Assembly (NCBI RefSeq): GCF_006345805.1
Contig: NC_043004.1
Span: forward strand, 51,956,001-52,020,000
Direction of reading: 5' to 3'
DNA length: 64,000 nt
Source: Octopus sinensis
Lineage: Eukaryota
In this document: positions 25,423 through 40,023 of the stretch, piece by piece
Layout: the number at the start of each line of letters is the position of its first letter
How positions within the stretch are numbered: the stretch's first letter is position 1
Program-made: the position numbers and the translations under genes
Notes under the pieces: generated by a model
Told to the model about the DNA's origin: nothing
The model's database searches: none
Seen by the model: only the letters and a program-made list of their open reading frames with translations

Positions 25423-26243
25423 TTGTGTTGGCTAGAAAGTAATTTCATTTTTCGCAAATAAATAGAATTACCAGATTTTTCGGATGACTTTTGTCATTGT
25501 TATGACTTTTTCCTTTTGACATTTGATAGCCGTTACTTTTAGCTTACTGTAAAAGCAAATTGCGCGTAATTTTGCTTTCAGCTGTTAGTTAAGAGGTACT
25601 TGTAACATGGACTGCAAAAACAAACATTTCCGCCATATTTTGCTCTTTTATTTACTTAAAGGCAAGAAAGCTGCTGAAGCTCAGAAAGAGATATGTCAAG
25701 TTTATGGTGTTGATTGCTCAACAGAACGCACATGCCAGAAATGGGTTGGTCGTTCTACTGAAGTTGATGATGACCGAATCAAAGACATAATTGATTATAT
25801 TGTCATATAACTGTGCAGAGAGGTTAATGTATCACATATAACAATTCAAAATCACTTAAAATGTCTTAAACTCGTTAAGAAGCTCGATATTTGGGTTCCA
25901 CATAGATTGAAAGAGATTAACTTAACACAACGAATCAATTTCAAAGGCACTGCATTTCAAACACAATGAAATGGACCTTTTTTTGGAACGAATCATCACT
26001 GGTGATGAAAAATGGATTGTCTACAATAATCTCCATCGAAAACTATCATGGTCCAAGCTTAATGAACCAGCACAAACCAAATCGAAAGCTAATATAATAA
26101 AAAAAGGTCGTGCAGTCACATTGGTGGGATTACAAAGATGTTGTGTATTTTCAGCTGCTTCTAAGTAACCAAACGGTCAATTCAGATGTTTTCTGTCAAC
26201 AACTAATGAAACTGAAGGAAGCAATCACAGAAATACGGCCAAA
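25423..26243 (+). mobile_element. Mariner transposon remnant (left TIR plus N-terminal two thirds of transposase)
   Basis: TA followed by ttgtgttggctagaaagtaattt TIR-like end; MDCKNKHFRHILLFY...; WVPH motif (tgggttccacat); ITGDEKWIVYNN; WWDYKDVVYFQLL. Internal deletion between QKW and GRSTEVDDD; no third catalytic D region or right TIR seen. Confidence 0.92.
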
Positions 26244-27042
26244 GAAGGTCCAATCTGGCGAAATGATAACGAAACACTCAGGCACTAAACATCATTACCA
26301 TACAGCCATTAACACATAGAAGTGCTGTATCATCCGTAGATATTCGATGACCATCACAACGTCGGCCTACGTTCCTTCTCTGTAACTACATGTGCATGAA
26401 CCCTGTTGGGTCTCACCCCTAAATTCACCCACTAAACTATATTTTCAATTATTTCGAAGCGTAACCAAAACGCTCGGAATGCCATCAACTTATAAAGAGT
26501 TCAAACAAGTCATCGATCTCTCGCATCGACCAGACAATTACTCCCGTCGTTGTAGTTGTTGTAGTCACCGTCTTCCTCGTAGTGAACATCACAAACGTTA
26601 TCATCTCGTCATCCCCCATGATCGCTGCGATCTTGATTTTTCAGTCGTTGAACAAGATTGCTAATCATCATCTGCATAATCACAACCACTTCACAATTAT
26701 TACCGCCCGTCGCCAATTTTATCATCATCATCATCGTTGTTGTCGTTGTAACCACTATCGTCAACATAGCAACTATCACATTAACCTCTATATTCCACCC
26801 TCCGTCTACTGACCATCTACAATCACATTCTCTCTAGAATGGTTGACGAAGCAGGAGGATCAAGTTCACTTCTGTTTCAGTGTCGGAGTTCAACTGAACG
26901 CCGCGCTCGTCTTTCACACATTCATACTTCCTTGGGCTAAATACACTATCCATCAATAAAATAGTAGAGCTTCGATTTAACCCCCGTCACAAACCTCATC
27001 ATACAATATATGGTTTTATGCCAAGTGTATCGATATATATAT

Positions 27043-27073
<31 letters not shown>

Positions 27074-27083
27074 CAATATATAT

Positions 27084-27135
<52 letters not shown>

Positions 27136-27147
27136 ATATATATATAT

Positions 27148-27211
<64 letters not shown>

Positions 27212-27707
27212 ATGTATATTAACTAATCGATCCTGGATAAAATAATCAGTTGGTACATGACATTGGAAGTAGGAAAAAATAAGGAAAAATGAAATGGAAA
27301 AAACACGCCAAAACCCACATAATAACAACTACAACAACAGCTACAACAACAGCAGCAACAAGAACAAGAACAAGAACAACACCAATGATAATAATAATAA
27401 CACTAGACCTACTATCATAGAAGTTAAATCAATAACACAAACGGTAGTAAGAATTGGTTCTGATTTAATCACAAAGCAAGCGGTTTTGTTGGAAGAAAGA
27501 GTAGTCGAGACCATTGGCTTCCAGTACTTGACTGTTACTTTATTTTATCGATTGCCAACGGATTAAAGACAAAGTTACCAACTCTGTGATTTGAACTCAG
27601 AATGCAGAGAGCCGGAACACATACTGCAAACCACTTTTTTTTTCAAACGCTCTGACGCTCTAACTCTTCTGCCAGCTGGCCCATATACGTAAAAAGCGGT
27701 TTCAAAT

Positions 27708-27909
27708 TTTGGCACGAGTTCAGCAATTTCGGGGTCGGTATAAGTCGATTACCTCTATCACAGCGATAAATTGGTACTTATTTTATCGATTCCGAAATGG
27801 ACGAAAGGCAACATCAAACACAGTAGAATTTCAGCTTAGAACGTAAGGACCGATGAAATGCTGCTATGCATTTTGTCCGGTGTGCTAACGATTCTGCCAG
27901 CTCGCCGCC
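27708..27909 (-). mobile_element. SINE family C variant
   Basis: ends gtgctaacgattctgccagctcgccgcc on the plus strand. Confidence 0.8.
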
Positions 27910-28365
27910 ATCCCGTCATACATAAGGCAATTTTTAAAATTAATTCTTGACCTAGTAGTGCTACTAAAGACGTTATCAATTAGATAAACTGTATAAGTAG
28001 TAAAGGGCTCTCAAACGTGTTGGATTATCCAAGACGTGGGCAGTGAGATGAAACCATTTTCCCTGCATTCCTGCAGTGCGCAGGCCACAGACCGTTTGAA
28101 TCGAACAGTTATTGTATGTGGACAAAATTTATCAGTATAGTTCATTGTGTTGCTTACCCTGCTATTCCATCCCTATAATTAGGAAAGACACACGTTTCTT
28201 TTGACTAGGCGTTGTATCGAAAGACGTCCTGTAGGGTGGAGGTCCCTGGGAGGACTGCAGAAAGATATTTTACTCTCCAATCTTGCCCTCAACGCGTTTT
28301 TAAGGCCCAACCCAGATTAGAAATTTAAGATGGAAAGTGAGATTTGGTGAATCTGTTTATGAATG

Positions 28366-28666
28366 GGCGTGGCGCCGGGGCTAGGGTATTTGGTTCACAA
28401 TCGTAAGGTTGTGAGTTAGAAAACCGGCAGCGTATTCTGTCCTTAAGCAAGATAATTGATTCCATGTTGCTCCAGTCCGCTGAGCTGGTAAATATGAGGA
28501 CCCTTGCAACATCCTGTGTCACGCTGAATCACCCCGAGAACGACATAAACGGTACGAGTGTCTGCGGAGCTCTCAGCCACTTGCCCGATATTTTCACGAG
28601 CAGGCAGTTCCGTTGATCGGATCAACTGGAACCATCGCTGTCGTAACCAACGGACTGCCAGCAGCA
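28366..28666 (+). mobile_element. SINE with diverged tRNA head and family A 3' half
   Basis: ctgtgtcacgctgaat...gttccgttgatcggatcaactggaacc tail shared with family A. Confidence 0.7.
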
Positions 28667-29284
28667 AAGTTTTCAGCGTGCCATTGTAGGTGAGGAATTG
28701 AGAGCTACAAAAGTGTGCCGCTTGGTGAGTGGGTGAAACTGGATTTGCGGGGTGCTTTGCTTTGCCTTAGTTATAAATCGTCCTTTTTGAAGACATCTAG
28801 GTCTTTGTTCCATTAAATTTTGTGTAGTCATTTTATTCCAATCCTCTTTGTTTTACTCATTTCTGAGTAAACTCCTACACTACATGTAGATCGTATTGAT
28901 AATAAACCTCACATTCAGAATGCCGCTCCTTTGGCAAATAACCAAAATCGTTATCCTTCTTCTCTACCTCCAACACCTCCCCCTCCTCCTCTCTCCCTCT
29001 CCTCTTCATCTTTATCCTTCCCCTCCGTCTTGTTATTATTATAAAGAACGTTCAAGACATCATTAGCGGCAGTAATAACAACAATAATAAATCATAGCGT
29101 AACAATACATGACAATTAATGATAATCGCTTGCTTATGTACATTCACACACACATACACACACACACACACGCACGCATATATATGTGTGTAAATATATA
29201 TATATATATATAAATATACATATATACACACATATATATATATATACATATATATATACATATATATATATACACATATATACA

Positions 29285-29329
<45 letters not shown>

Positions 29330-29407
29330 TACATATATACTATATTATATATATATATATATAATATATATATATAAATACATATATGTATATATACATA
29401 TATACAC

Positions 29408-29439
<32 letters not shown>

Positions 29440-29738
29440 TGATGGTATTGATATCATCAGTAAGGTTGAATCATTTACTGCTCTGTTCCTATATTACATC
29501 TACCACTGCCACCAGCCATTCTCTCACCCGAGCGCCCTGTCTGTCGATTGAACTTTCTCAGCAGAAAAAAAATATTTGGTGCTACCCACGTGATTGTTAA
29601 GATGCCTGTGTTTATTTTGGACTATAAGCATCTATCCACATGAATATCGATGATACAAACGTACATAGATGCGTTTTGTCATAGTACATGTTCATATAGA
29701 AACACACATGCATTATTCAGTCCATATCCATATATATA

Positions 29739-29777
<39 letters not shown>

Positions 29778-29986
29778 TATTATATGAATGTATATATACA
29801 TATATATATATATATTTATATATTATATATAAAAATATATATGTATATATATATATATGTATACATATATGTACATATATACGTATAGATTTAAGTTAGC
29901 ATATGGTATATATATAAGCATATATGTTTAAATGCAGATATACATATATTTACACAAAGGCGCACACACTCACACACACGCACACC

Positions 29987-30059
<73 letters not shown>

Positions 30060-30060
30060 G

Positions 30061-30275
30061 TTAATCCAAACAAGAAAACACACAAAAAAACACAACAACG
30101 CGAGGACGTGGAACAAATAAAGTATTATTGGACGCTCAGGAAAGAAGGAAGAAGGAGTGTTTAACGTTTCGAACGGAGCTCTTCGTCGGAAACAAAGGAG
30201 AAGGAAAGATCCCGAGAAGGGAAGACAGAGGAAAAAAAATTGCTGGCGGTGCTCACGAGGTCACACACATATATA
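30061..30275 (-). mobile_element. Penelope-type terminal repeat fragment (second subfamily) with minimal hammerhead-like motif
   Basis: Minus strand TGTTT CCGACGA A GAGC TCC GTTC GAAAC GTT AAACA at 30158-30194, followed by the shared ttcctgagcg block; ends at (TA)n. Confidence 0.7.
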
Positions 30276-30560
30276 TATGTATATATACTGCGAGATAGTG
30301 GGTTCGATTTCCAGACCGAGTTTTGCGTTGTGTGTTCTTGAGCAACGCACCTCATTTTAGGCTGCTCTGTGATCATTACATCATCTGACTTGTGGCACAC
30401 CGTGTACCTGTACAGTAATGTTGATTTGATGGGGTGGGTGAGCTTATGTGCACAGAAACATTTGATCACTATAAGCAAATCATCTGTGTGGTTGTTCAGC
30501 TAGAAGTTGCTGAATTCTTATATGTAGTCTAACGACGGGAGAGTCTAGTCACTACACACA

Positions 30561-30730
30561 TATTTTTTCTCTCCTTGCTTCTCTCTTTGTTTTCTGTGTC
30601 CTTTTCTGTAGATGAGCGTAGGCTCGAAACGTAAAATACTTTTTCTATTCCTGAGCGTTATACTAATACATCTGTTTGTTTTGTACACCACCTGTCTTCG
30701 TCTTCTGTTGTTTTTTTCGTAAACTCACCC
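30561..30730 (+). mobile_element. Penelope-type terminal repeat fragment with minimal hammerhead-like motif
   Basis: CTGTAGA T GAGC GTAG GCTC GAAAC GTA at 30606-30633; same family as 9079-9257; ends at (TA)n. Confidence 0.65.
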
Positions 30731-31117
30731 TATATATATATATATATATATACATACCTATTGGTTTCAAATTTTGGTACAAAGGTAGTAGCTAGGCGAT
30801 TACATGGGCTCCAGTTCTCAGTCGGGAATTATTTTATTGATCCCGACATAGCAGAATGCAAAGCTGGCGAACGCACCTCCACAATAAGTAAGACTAACAA
30901 TAATCTTTGAAACAATTGAAGAGATACACAGGGCAAATTATAAAAATGACGCCCATCATTGGTACTAGAACGCAAGATTGAAAGAAACTCACCTACCTAC
31001 TTCGTATGAGGATAACTGGAACTTGATCTATGTTTCTTTGAAGATAAAGCAAATGCATACTTTTACCTCCACTTAGAAGAAACGGTGTGTGCATATATAT
31101 ATATATGCATAAATACA

Positions 31118-31166
<49 letters not shown>

Positions 31167-31240
31167 TATATACTCTTTTACTCTTTTACTCTTTTACTTG
31201 TTTCAGCCATCCGGCTGAGGCCATGCTGGGGCACCGCCCT

Positions 31241-31278
<38 letters not shown>

Positions 31279-32261
31279 ATGTATATATGCATATATATAA
31301 ATATTCATATATATATATATATATATGTATTTATATGTATATAAATAATACACACACACACGTTTATTCTATATATATATGTTATATACACTCATACATA
31401 CATATGTTTATACACAGAAACAGACGCACATACACAGGGAAAGTACTAGTTGCACAATTACCGTACTAACGAGGAATAGTACATGTATTTAAAAAAAATA
31501 CACGCATACTGACATATATAATCCTATGCGCGTGCGCACACACACATATACACGTCAATGTATAACGTTTTAAGGAATGGTCCCGACGCAGATTTAGCTA
31601 TGAATAATACCTTGGAGTATGTGAGGTTAATAGATACTTAGATACAAAAAATGCTGAAGGCTAACTGGGTATGCGTACGAAAGAATAATTAAAATAATAT
31701 ATATATATTATATATATATATTATATATATATATATATATAAATATATACACACACACATGCATACACACACATGCATACACACACACACATACACACAC
31801 ACACACACATACACACACACACACATATATATGCATGTGGGCGTAGTCTGTATGTAGATGATACATGTACATGTGCTTCACATCACGCACCCTATTCATA
31901 ACCACATACTGAATTATTTCACGGCGAATGCTCAATATGCAATGCTAAAATTTTTACATTAATTACAGGTATGATAACAATGACCATGTAAAGAAATACA
32001 ACGGAATGGAATGTGTGTGCGTAGCTATATACATATATACATGCGTGTGTTTGTGTGAACACAGACACACACACGCACATACACACGCACATACACACAC
32101 ACACATATACGCCTATTTTTATATAATGCTTTATATAAGAACAGGTGGACATTATATTGAAGGAAGTCTATATTTTAAGAATGTATGATATTTATTTTTT
32201 TTAGACAAAAGTACCAATGCTTTATATATAGGTTTGATGTTCTTATGTTATAATAATAACA

Positions 32262-32307
<46 letters not shown>

Positions 32308-32614
32308 GTGACACATAGGTATAAACTCATTGGTATATACAAGGTAACATATAGGTATAAACACACATTCATGTGCATATATATATATATGTATATATAT
32401 ATATTTATTTCATGGGCTCCTCGTGAGCGTTTGTCGAAAAGCTTGTTGTGCATTTTGTTGGAGAATTAAGTTCCTGGATTTTCCTGAAGAGAAAGCTGCA
32501 AAATGGACTCCTTATTCAATCCGAATTAGGGACTTTGCAGCCCTCGAAACATATGTAGAAAATAATATAAAGGAACTTTGTTAAATCTTCGTTCAGCTCT
32601 ATTTCTTCCTACAC

Positions 32615-32657
<43 letters not shown>

Positions 32658-32879
32658 ATATATAACAGTGTATGAATCCAAACTCATAAGCTCACATCAA
32701 GTGTACACAATAATCTTTACAGTACTACTATAATCGCCTAGAGTCAAATTTAACAGGCGACATCCCTCATAGAAAAATTTCTCATATATTAAGAGATAAC
32801 AGAAAGCAACAATTTGTTAAAAACATATTAACCTGAAAACACTTATACTAATTTCTTGCTATAAACTTTACCATATTAT

Positions 32880-33013
32880 ATACCTGGTGTCGGTTACAAA
32901 GTTTCAGCTGAATCCATTCAGCGGTTCTTGAGATATCTTGTCCACGGACAAACAAGCAAACAAACAAAAAGGACTGAAAACAATACTTCCGCCTTTGCTA
33001 AGGCAGAGGTAAT
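32880..33013 (+). mobile_element. Helentron-associated (HINE-like) element 3' end
   Basis: caaagtttcagctgaatcc...ttcttgagatat, (ACAA)n, then terminal imperfect hairpin tacttccgcctt-tgct-aaggcagaggta. Confidence 0.5.
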
Positions 33014-33023
33014 AACGATTGTG

Positions 33024-33229
33024 ATTTCAAATTTTTTCCACAAGGGCAGCATGGGGGAGGGGATTAAGTCGATTACCTCGACCTCAGTGTGTAACTGGTA
33101 TTTATTTAATCGACCCGAAAGGATAAAAGGCAAAGTCGATCTAGGCGGAATTTGAACTCAGAACGTTGCTGCCGACGAAATACCACCAAGTATTTTGCCT
33201 AGCGTGTTAACGGTTCTAGCAGCTCGCCG

Positions 33230-33231
<2 letters not shown>
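33024..33231 (-). mobile_element. SINE family C variant
   Basis: Family C head and centre with a different tail (tttccacaagggcagc). Confidence 0.8.
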
Positions 33232-33273
<42 letters not shown>

Positions 33274-33275
<2 letters not shown>

Positions 33276-36200
33276 CAGGGGACGTTTAAGATGTAAGAAG
33301 GAAAATACAGAGCTCCGAAATCTATCCACAAACATCGAAAACAAGGACATCCTATGGAGCCAAAGATTTACTAACAAAGAATTGGACTGTATCCGTGTAA
33401 GTAATACTAATTGAAATTTATTACTATTTTCGAAACGAAATGATGTATTTTGACTCGATATCATCTCCACCTCTAACACAACACATGTAAACATGCGTGG
33501 AACATCACGATCATCCCCAACCCCAAACACCATGTACAAAGGAACTACGAAGAAATTAAATGCCACCGATACTATTCAACCTAAGAATAACAATCGAACG
33601 GTACGTACATTAAACTTACAACAAAAAATGTACGAAAAACTACACGTGCGAAATAATGTGACAACAGAAATGAACGGACCGGTACCCTACGAAAATGACG
33701 ACCGTGAAAATAATGGGCCGGACGTTGTACCTCATGTCCCGCAAATAAAACCCAAAAGACGTAAATGGACACGTGAGGAATACATTTCTATCTTACACGC
33801 ATACTTCACAGCAGTGCTCTACCCCAAAAATGAAAATACAACAACACATACATATAAAATATGGAAGGAAAATAATAGAGATATAGACTTGGATACAGCA
33901 ATGAACCCTAATAAATTAGCTAACGTACGAAGATACATTCTCAAAGCCAAAAAAATATCAGAAATAGAAATAGAACATTTAAAAGAAAAAATACACCAGG
34001 AAAATGTAGATAGAAGCCACACAACAATGCCCAATAATATAAACACTGAAACTGTAAAACACGAAGACAAACGCAACATTCCCAACAAACACGATGTAAA
34101 CAACGAAGGGGAGCCTAATGATTATGATAATATAAAAAATAAAATAATCAAAGAACTGAAAACCACAGAGCTGAAAATGGACCACCGACCATACCTCCCA
34201 AGAATCAAAATAAACGAAATAACAACACCAATTATAAACAGCATAAACCTAGCCGTCACTGAACTAATAGCCACTGAAACAAAAAAAAGTGATATCACTG
34301 AGCTAAATGACTTAATATACGCAGCAGCCACTGCAGCCACAAAAGAAGCTGGATACTCACCCAAACCGGCCAAAACAGGAGTACCACCACCCAAACAAAC
34401 CCTGTGGATAAATAACATCCAAAACAAAATTAAAAAAATTAGAAAAGACCTGTCGATTCTTAATGAAATCAGCAAACAATCAACGCTACTGAGCAACAAA
34501 AAGAGAACAAAAATACTCCGCAAATATAACATCACAGAAAAAGATTTGCCGGAGATAAAAGAAAAGCTGAAGCAAGATATCCTTGCCAAAGCTCAAAGGA
34601 TCCGCCGGTACGAGAAACGCCAGCGCTTCTTTGAACAAAACAAAAAGTTCAACTCCAACCCCAAAAAGTTCTACCAAGAACTGGGCAAAAATAAAATAGA
34701 AGTCACTGCAGCACCAACGGCAGAAGAATTGGAAGAATTCTGGAGAGAAATATGGTCGGCGAACGAACAGCCAAAAAAAAGGAGTATCAAAATAACAAAC
34801 TCGGCATCTGAACAACTTTGGACCCCCATAACAACTGAAGAGGTCACCCAGGCACTGCAAAGACTAAGCAACTGGATGGCACCTGGGCATGACAAGATCC
34901 CCAACTTCTGGTTGAAATATCTAACGGGAATGCACAAAAAGCTGGCTGAAAACATTAACAACATACTAACAGAGCCAGAGACAATGCCTGAATGGCTCAC
35001 GAAGGGGAAAACCATCTTAATTCCAAAATCAAATGAAACAGCAAAACCAGAAAACTACAGACCAATAACCTGCCTCCCTACTATGTTCAAGGCATTTACT
35101 GCAGTGATATCGCAAAGGCTGAACAAGCACCTGGACGAAAACAAACTGTTCCCAGAAGAGCAGAAAGGATGCCGCATAGGCTCATATGGCTCTAAAGATC
35201 AACTAATGTTTAATAAAGCCATAACTGAAGACAGCCACAGAAAGAAGAAAGGCCTCAGTATGGCCTGGATTGACTACAAAAAGGCGTTTGATAGCATCCC
35301 CCACACATGGATCCTCGAAACACTAGCCATTAACAAAGTAGCACCAACAATCATAAAATTCATAGAGCACTCTATGAATAAATGGCAAACAGTCCTACAC
35401 CTCCAAAAAAAAGGGACTCATGAAAACCAAAGACATCCCCATTAGAAGAGGTATATTCCAGGGAGACACGCTCTCTCCACTCCTTTTCTGCTTGGCACTG
35501 TCACCTCTATCTGATATACTAATAGAACTGGATGCGGATATAAATGTTACGGCAAAACGATCAGCCACCTTTTATATATGGATGACCTAAAACTATACGC
35601 TGCAAATGACAAACAGCTGGAAACACTATTAAAGACAGTTCATGGATTTACCAAAGAAATAGATATGAAATTTGGATTAGAAAAATGCGCCAAAGTAACC
35701 ATGAAAAGAGGAAAACTAGTTAAGAGTAAAAACATCACACTAGATAAAACCATGAATAAAAGAATTAGACCAAAGCCAAACTTACAAATACTTAGGAATC
35801 CATGAACTAGATAAGACACAACACACACAAATGAAAGAGAAAATAAAAAAAGAATATTATAGACGAGTTAGATCAATACTAAAAACAGAGCTCAATGCTA
35901 AAAACAAGATAATAGGTATCAACACTTTAGCTGTCCCAGTTATAAGTTACAGCTACAATATCCTTAACTGGACACGAAATGAACTGTCCAAAATAGATAG
36001 GAAAACAAGAAAAATACTGACAGGATCTAGGATGCATCACCCAAAATCTGACATAGAAAGACTATATATACAACGTATAGAAGGTGGTAGAGGCCTTATA
36101 CAGCTGGAAAACTACTATAAAATAACCACCATAGGACTGCAAAAATATCTACTTCAGAAGGAAAGAAAACTGATCCAGATAGCGGCAAAACACGAGCAAA

Positions 36201-37237
36201 ACAAAAAACTGTTCTCAGTATTTAAGGAAGCTGACAAATACAAACAAGAAATCATACCACCTAATAAACATGAAGAAGAAGAAGAAGAAGAAGAAGAAGC
36301 TGAAGAAACAACAAAAGCTATAAAACAAATGAAATCCAAACTAAAAATAGAACAGCAACGAACCATGATAAAACGATGGCAAGAAAAGCCCCTTCATGGT
36401 AAATACTGGACTAAACTAAACGCAAAAGAAATAGACAAAGAAAAATCCCAGCAATGGTTGAGAAGCTCAGGACTCAAAGCAGAAACAGAGGGATTTTTAA
36501 TTGCAGCACAAGACCAAAGCCTCCCCACCAGAAATTACCAAAAACATGTAATGAAAAGAAATATTACAAGTAACTGCAGAATATGTGGAGATGGACAAGA
36601 ACAATAAATCATATTATCTCTAGCTACCCAGTCCTAGCTAAGAAGGAATATATTCACAGACATGACAGAGTTGGAACCTACATACATTGGAAGCTATGCC
36701 AACATTATGGAATAACAACAGAAAAAAGATGGTATAGGCACACACCAGAAAAGGTCACAAAAAACGAGAAAGCAACCATACTCTGGGATATGCCGATACA
36801 CACAGATAGAGAAATTAAGGCCAACAGACCAGATATAGTTGTCAGAGATCATGAAGAAAAAAAATGTCTTCTAATTGATGTATCAATACCGGCAGATGAC
36901 AACGTGTCTCTAAAAGAAATGGAGAAACTCTCAAAATACAAAGACCTGGAAATAGAGGTAACTAGAATGTGGAATCTGAAAACAGAAACAATTCCTATCA
37001 TAGTAGGTGCATTAGGCATGATAAAAAAATATTCAGACAAATACATAACAAAAACACCAGGACTTACAAACACATATAACATACAGAAAATTGCACTACT
37101 AGGCACTGCACACATCCTACGCAGAACACTTTCCATACAATAACCATCAGAGCATCACAACAAATCACAGCACATACCCAAGGCACACAGAGCTGCGCTC
37201 GGTAGTGAAGTGAAAGCACGTTATAAAAATAAAACTA

Positions 37238-37240
<3 letters not shown>
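33274..37240 (+). mobile_element. R4/Dong-clade non-LTR retrotransposon, near full length, inserted in (AAT)n
   Basis: Single long ORF broken by three frameshifts. N-terminal KWTREE motif, RT motifs (PGHDKI, NYRPITCL, WIDYKKAFDSIPH, QGDTLSP, YMDD at 35575-35586), CRICG...HIISSYP knuckle, REL nuclease RPDIVV...IDVSIP...KLSKYKDL. (AAT)n on both flanks. Confidence 0.95.
33493..37143 (+). pseudogene. Dong/R4-like RT plus restriction-like endonuclease polyprotein, frameshifted near 35410, 35750 and 36600
   Basis: Track ORFs 33493-35445, 35578-35805, 35831-36607 and 36583-37143 join into one colinear protein when frames are shifted at or next to A-runs. Confidence 0.85.
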
Positions 37241-37308
<68 letters not shown>

Positions 37309-37334
37309 TAATAATAATAATAATAATTATAGCT

Positions 37335-37550
37335 TCAAGTTTTGCCACAAAGGCACCTATTTTCCGGGAGAGGATGAGTCGATTGCATGGACCCCAGTAT
37401 TTCACTGGTATTTAATTTATCACCCCCCCTCCCGTAACTGATGAAAGGCAAAGTCCACTTTGGCGAAATTTGTACTCAGAATATATTGACAGACGTAATA
37501 TCACTAAGCATTTTCACTCGACGTGCTAACGATTCTGCCAGTTCGCCGAC
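37335..37550 (-). mobile_element. SINE family C variant
   Basis: Colinear with 33024-33231. Confidence 0.75.
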
Positions 37551-37608
37551 AATAATAATAATAATGATAATAATAATAAGAATAATAATAATAATAACAA
37601 TAATAATA

Positions 37609-37673
<65 letters not shown>

Positions 37674-37979
37674 TTAATAATAATAATTATAATAATAATA
37701 ATAATAATAATAATATCTCATTTTGACACAAGTCCAGTAGTTTTGAGAGGAAAGCTTTAGGGGAAACTATCGGCTTTGTACTTGACTCCTACATTATTTT
37801 ATCGATGCTGGAGGGATAAATTGCATTGCTGTTGTCGGCAAGATTCGAAATTGAGTATCTTGCAACTAAAGTAGGTGTATATCCAGAAATTTGGGGAAGA
37901 GAATATTCGAGGATAACTGATTAACACTTTCTTTATCGAACAAAGCAAACACTGCTGTTCGTAATAGGAGTGTTATGTG

Positions 37980-38373
37980 GAAATCAGAGCCTGAACGAAT
38001 ACCGCAAAACACTTTGAAGATCAAACGATTTGCCAAGTCCCAACCAGCCACTGCTTCGACCCTGAAATTTCAATAACAATCAGGTTTTCATTGATTGGTC
38101 TATAAAAAAAATTTGGACACGAGAAAGACAAAAGTTTATAAAACAAAAGTAATCCGTAAGTAAAGAAAATAAACAAAAATATCAACAATAAGCCACGCAC
38201 CCGAACATTTGACATTATATTTATAATTTTAACTATTATGATTGCTATTAAATTTTGTTCCCCATGTACAAGTATTTTGTTAATTTTATTAAATTTTAGA
38301 AAAATTGAAGCATACATGAGTGTTTCAGAGTGTATTGAACATATTTTGTGCGTGACTTTTGGCCCACCCTGTA
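37980..38373 (+). mobile_element. Tc1/mariner-type 3' remnant with right TIR
   Basis: gtgacttttggcccaccctg|TA is the reverse complement of a TA|CAGGGTGGGCCAAAAGTCAC Tc1-type TIR; upstream coding similarity is weak. Confidence 0.45.
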
Positions 38374-38461
38374 CATGAAAAAAAAAGATCATAAATAATG
38401 TAGAGATGAGAAATATGTATCAAATAGCTGATATCAAGCAAAAGATAATATATTAGATTCT

Positions 38462-38660
38462 AATTTTGGCACAAGGCCAGCAATTCCAGGGGACCAGTTA
38501 AATCGATTACATCGAACCCAGTGCTCAGGTGGTTCTTATTTTATCGATCCCGAAGGGGGAAATCAAATTCTGCGAAATTTGAACGCAGTAGGTAATGATA
38601 GACGAAATGCCGATAAGCATTTTTAGCCCGACGTGCTAAAGATTTTGCCTGCTTGCCGCC
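38462..38660 (-). mobile_element. SINE family C variant
   Basis: Colinear with 33024-33231. Confidence 0.75.
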
Positions 38661-38940
38661 ATAATATACTGTAACATATTGATAAACAATCATTATAAGT
38701 CACAGAATCACACCACCACCCTAACCTCCATCACCAGCACCACCGCCAAAACAGCCAACATCACCACCGTCAAAACAGCAACAGTAATAATCATTTATGA
38801 TACAGGCACAAACATACGATTTTACGGGAAGCAAGGTAAATCGATTATATCGATCGCAGTGTTCAACTGGTACTCGTTTTATCGACCATGAACAAGAGGA
38901 ATAGCGAAATTTGAACTCAGAAACCAGAAGATGGGGAACA

Positions 38941-39351
38941 GGCGCATGAGTGGCTGTGTGGTAAATACCTTGCTAACCAACCACATGGTTCCAGGTTCAG
39001 TCCCACTGCGTGGCATCTTGGGCAAATGTCTTCTGCTATAGCCCCGGGCCGACCAATGCCTTGTGAGTGGATTTGGTAGACGGAAACTGAAAGAAGCCTG
39101 TCGTATATATGTATATATATATGTATTATGTGTGTGTGTTTGTATGTCTGTGTTAGTCCTCCTTGCATTGCTTGACAACCGATGCTGGTGTGTATACGTC
39201 CCCGTCACTTAGCGGTTCGGCAAAAGAGACCGATAGAATAAGTACTGGGCTTACAAAAAATAAGCCCCGGGGTCGATTTGCTCGACTAAAGGTGGTGCTC
39301 GAGCATGGCCGCAGTCAAATGACTGAAACAAGTAAAAGAGTAAAAGAGTAA
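38941..39351 (+). mobile_element. SINE family B
   Basis: Colinear with 12709-13112. Confidence 0.92.
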
Positions 39352-39390
39352 ATGCCTATCGATTTTAATATTTGTCTGTTATTTTATATA

Positions 39391-39797
39391 TATTTCTTTA
39401 TTGCCCACAAGGAGCTAAACATAGAGGGAAGAAAGAAGGACAGACAGGGAGATTAAATCGATTACCTCGACCCCAGTGCGTTATTGGTACTTATTTAATC
39501 GACCTCCCGAAAGGATTAAATGAAAAGTCGACCTCGATGGAATTTGAACTCAGATCGTAATGGCAGACGAAATGCCGCTAAGCATTTCTTATTTCTTTAT
39601 TCCCAACAAGGGGTTAAACATAGAGGGGACAAACAAGGACAGACAAAGGGATTAAGTCGATTACCTTGACCCCAGTGCATAATTGGTACTTAATAAATAG
39701 ACGCCGAAAGGATGAAACGCAAAGTCGACCTCGGCAGAATGTGAACTCAGAACGTAGCGGCAGACTAAATACCGCTAAGCATTTCGCCCGGCGTGCT
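39391..39797 (-). mobile_element. SINE family C dimer
   Basis: Two tandem family C bodies. Confidence 0.85.
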
Positions 39798-39992
39798 GTT
39801 ATTTTATATTGTTGACATTGGTGCGTATGGCAATTGGGGTATGAACGTAAACAGCCGGAACACAAACCATAAAACAATTTCACGATAATAATAATAATAA
39901 TAATAACAATAATAATACTGATGATCATTTCATATATTTGCCACAAGTGTGAAGGATGGGGAACAAATAATAATAATAATAATAATAATAAT

Positions 39993-40023
<31 letters not shown>

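Noticed and set aside
26243-26960. Sequence after the mariner truncation as continued transposase or a host exon
   Set aside because: No YSPDL/D34D region follows; the middle is a decayed (CAT)/(CGT) mosaic with only short ORFs.
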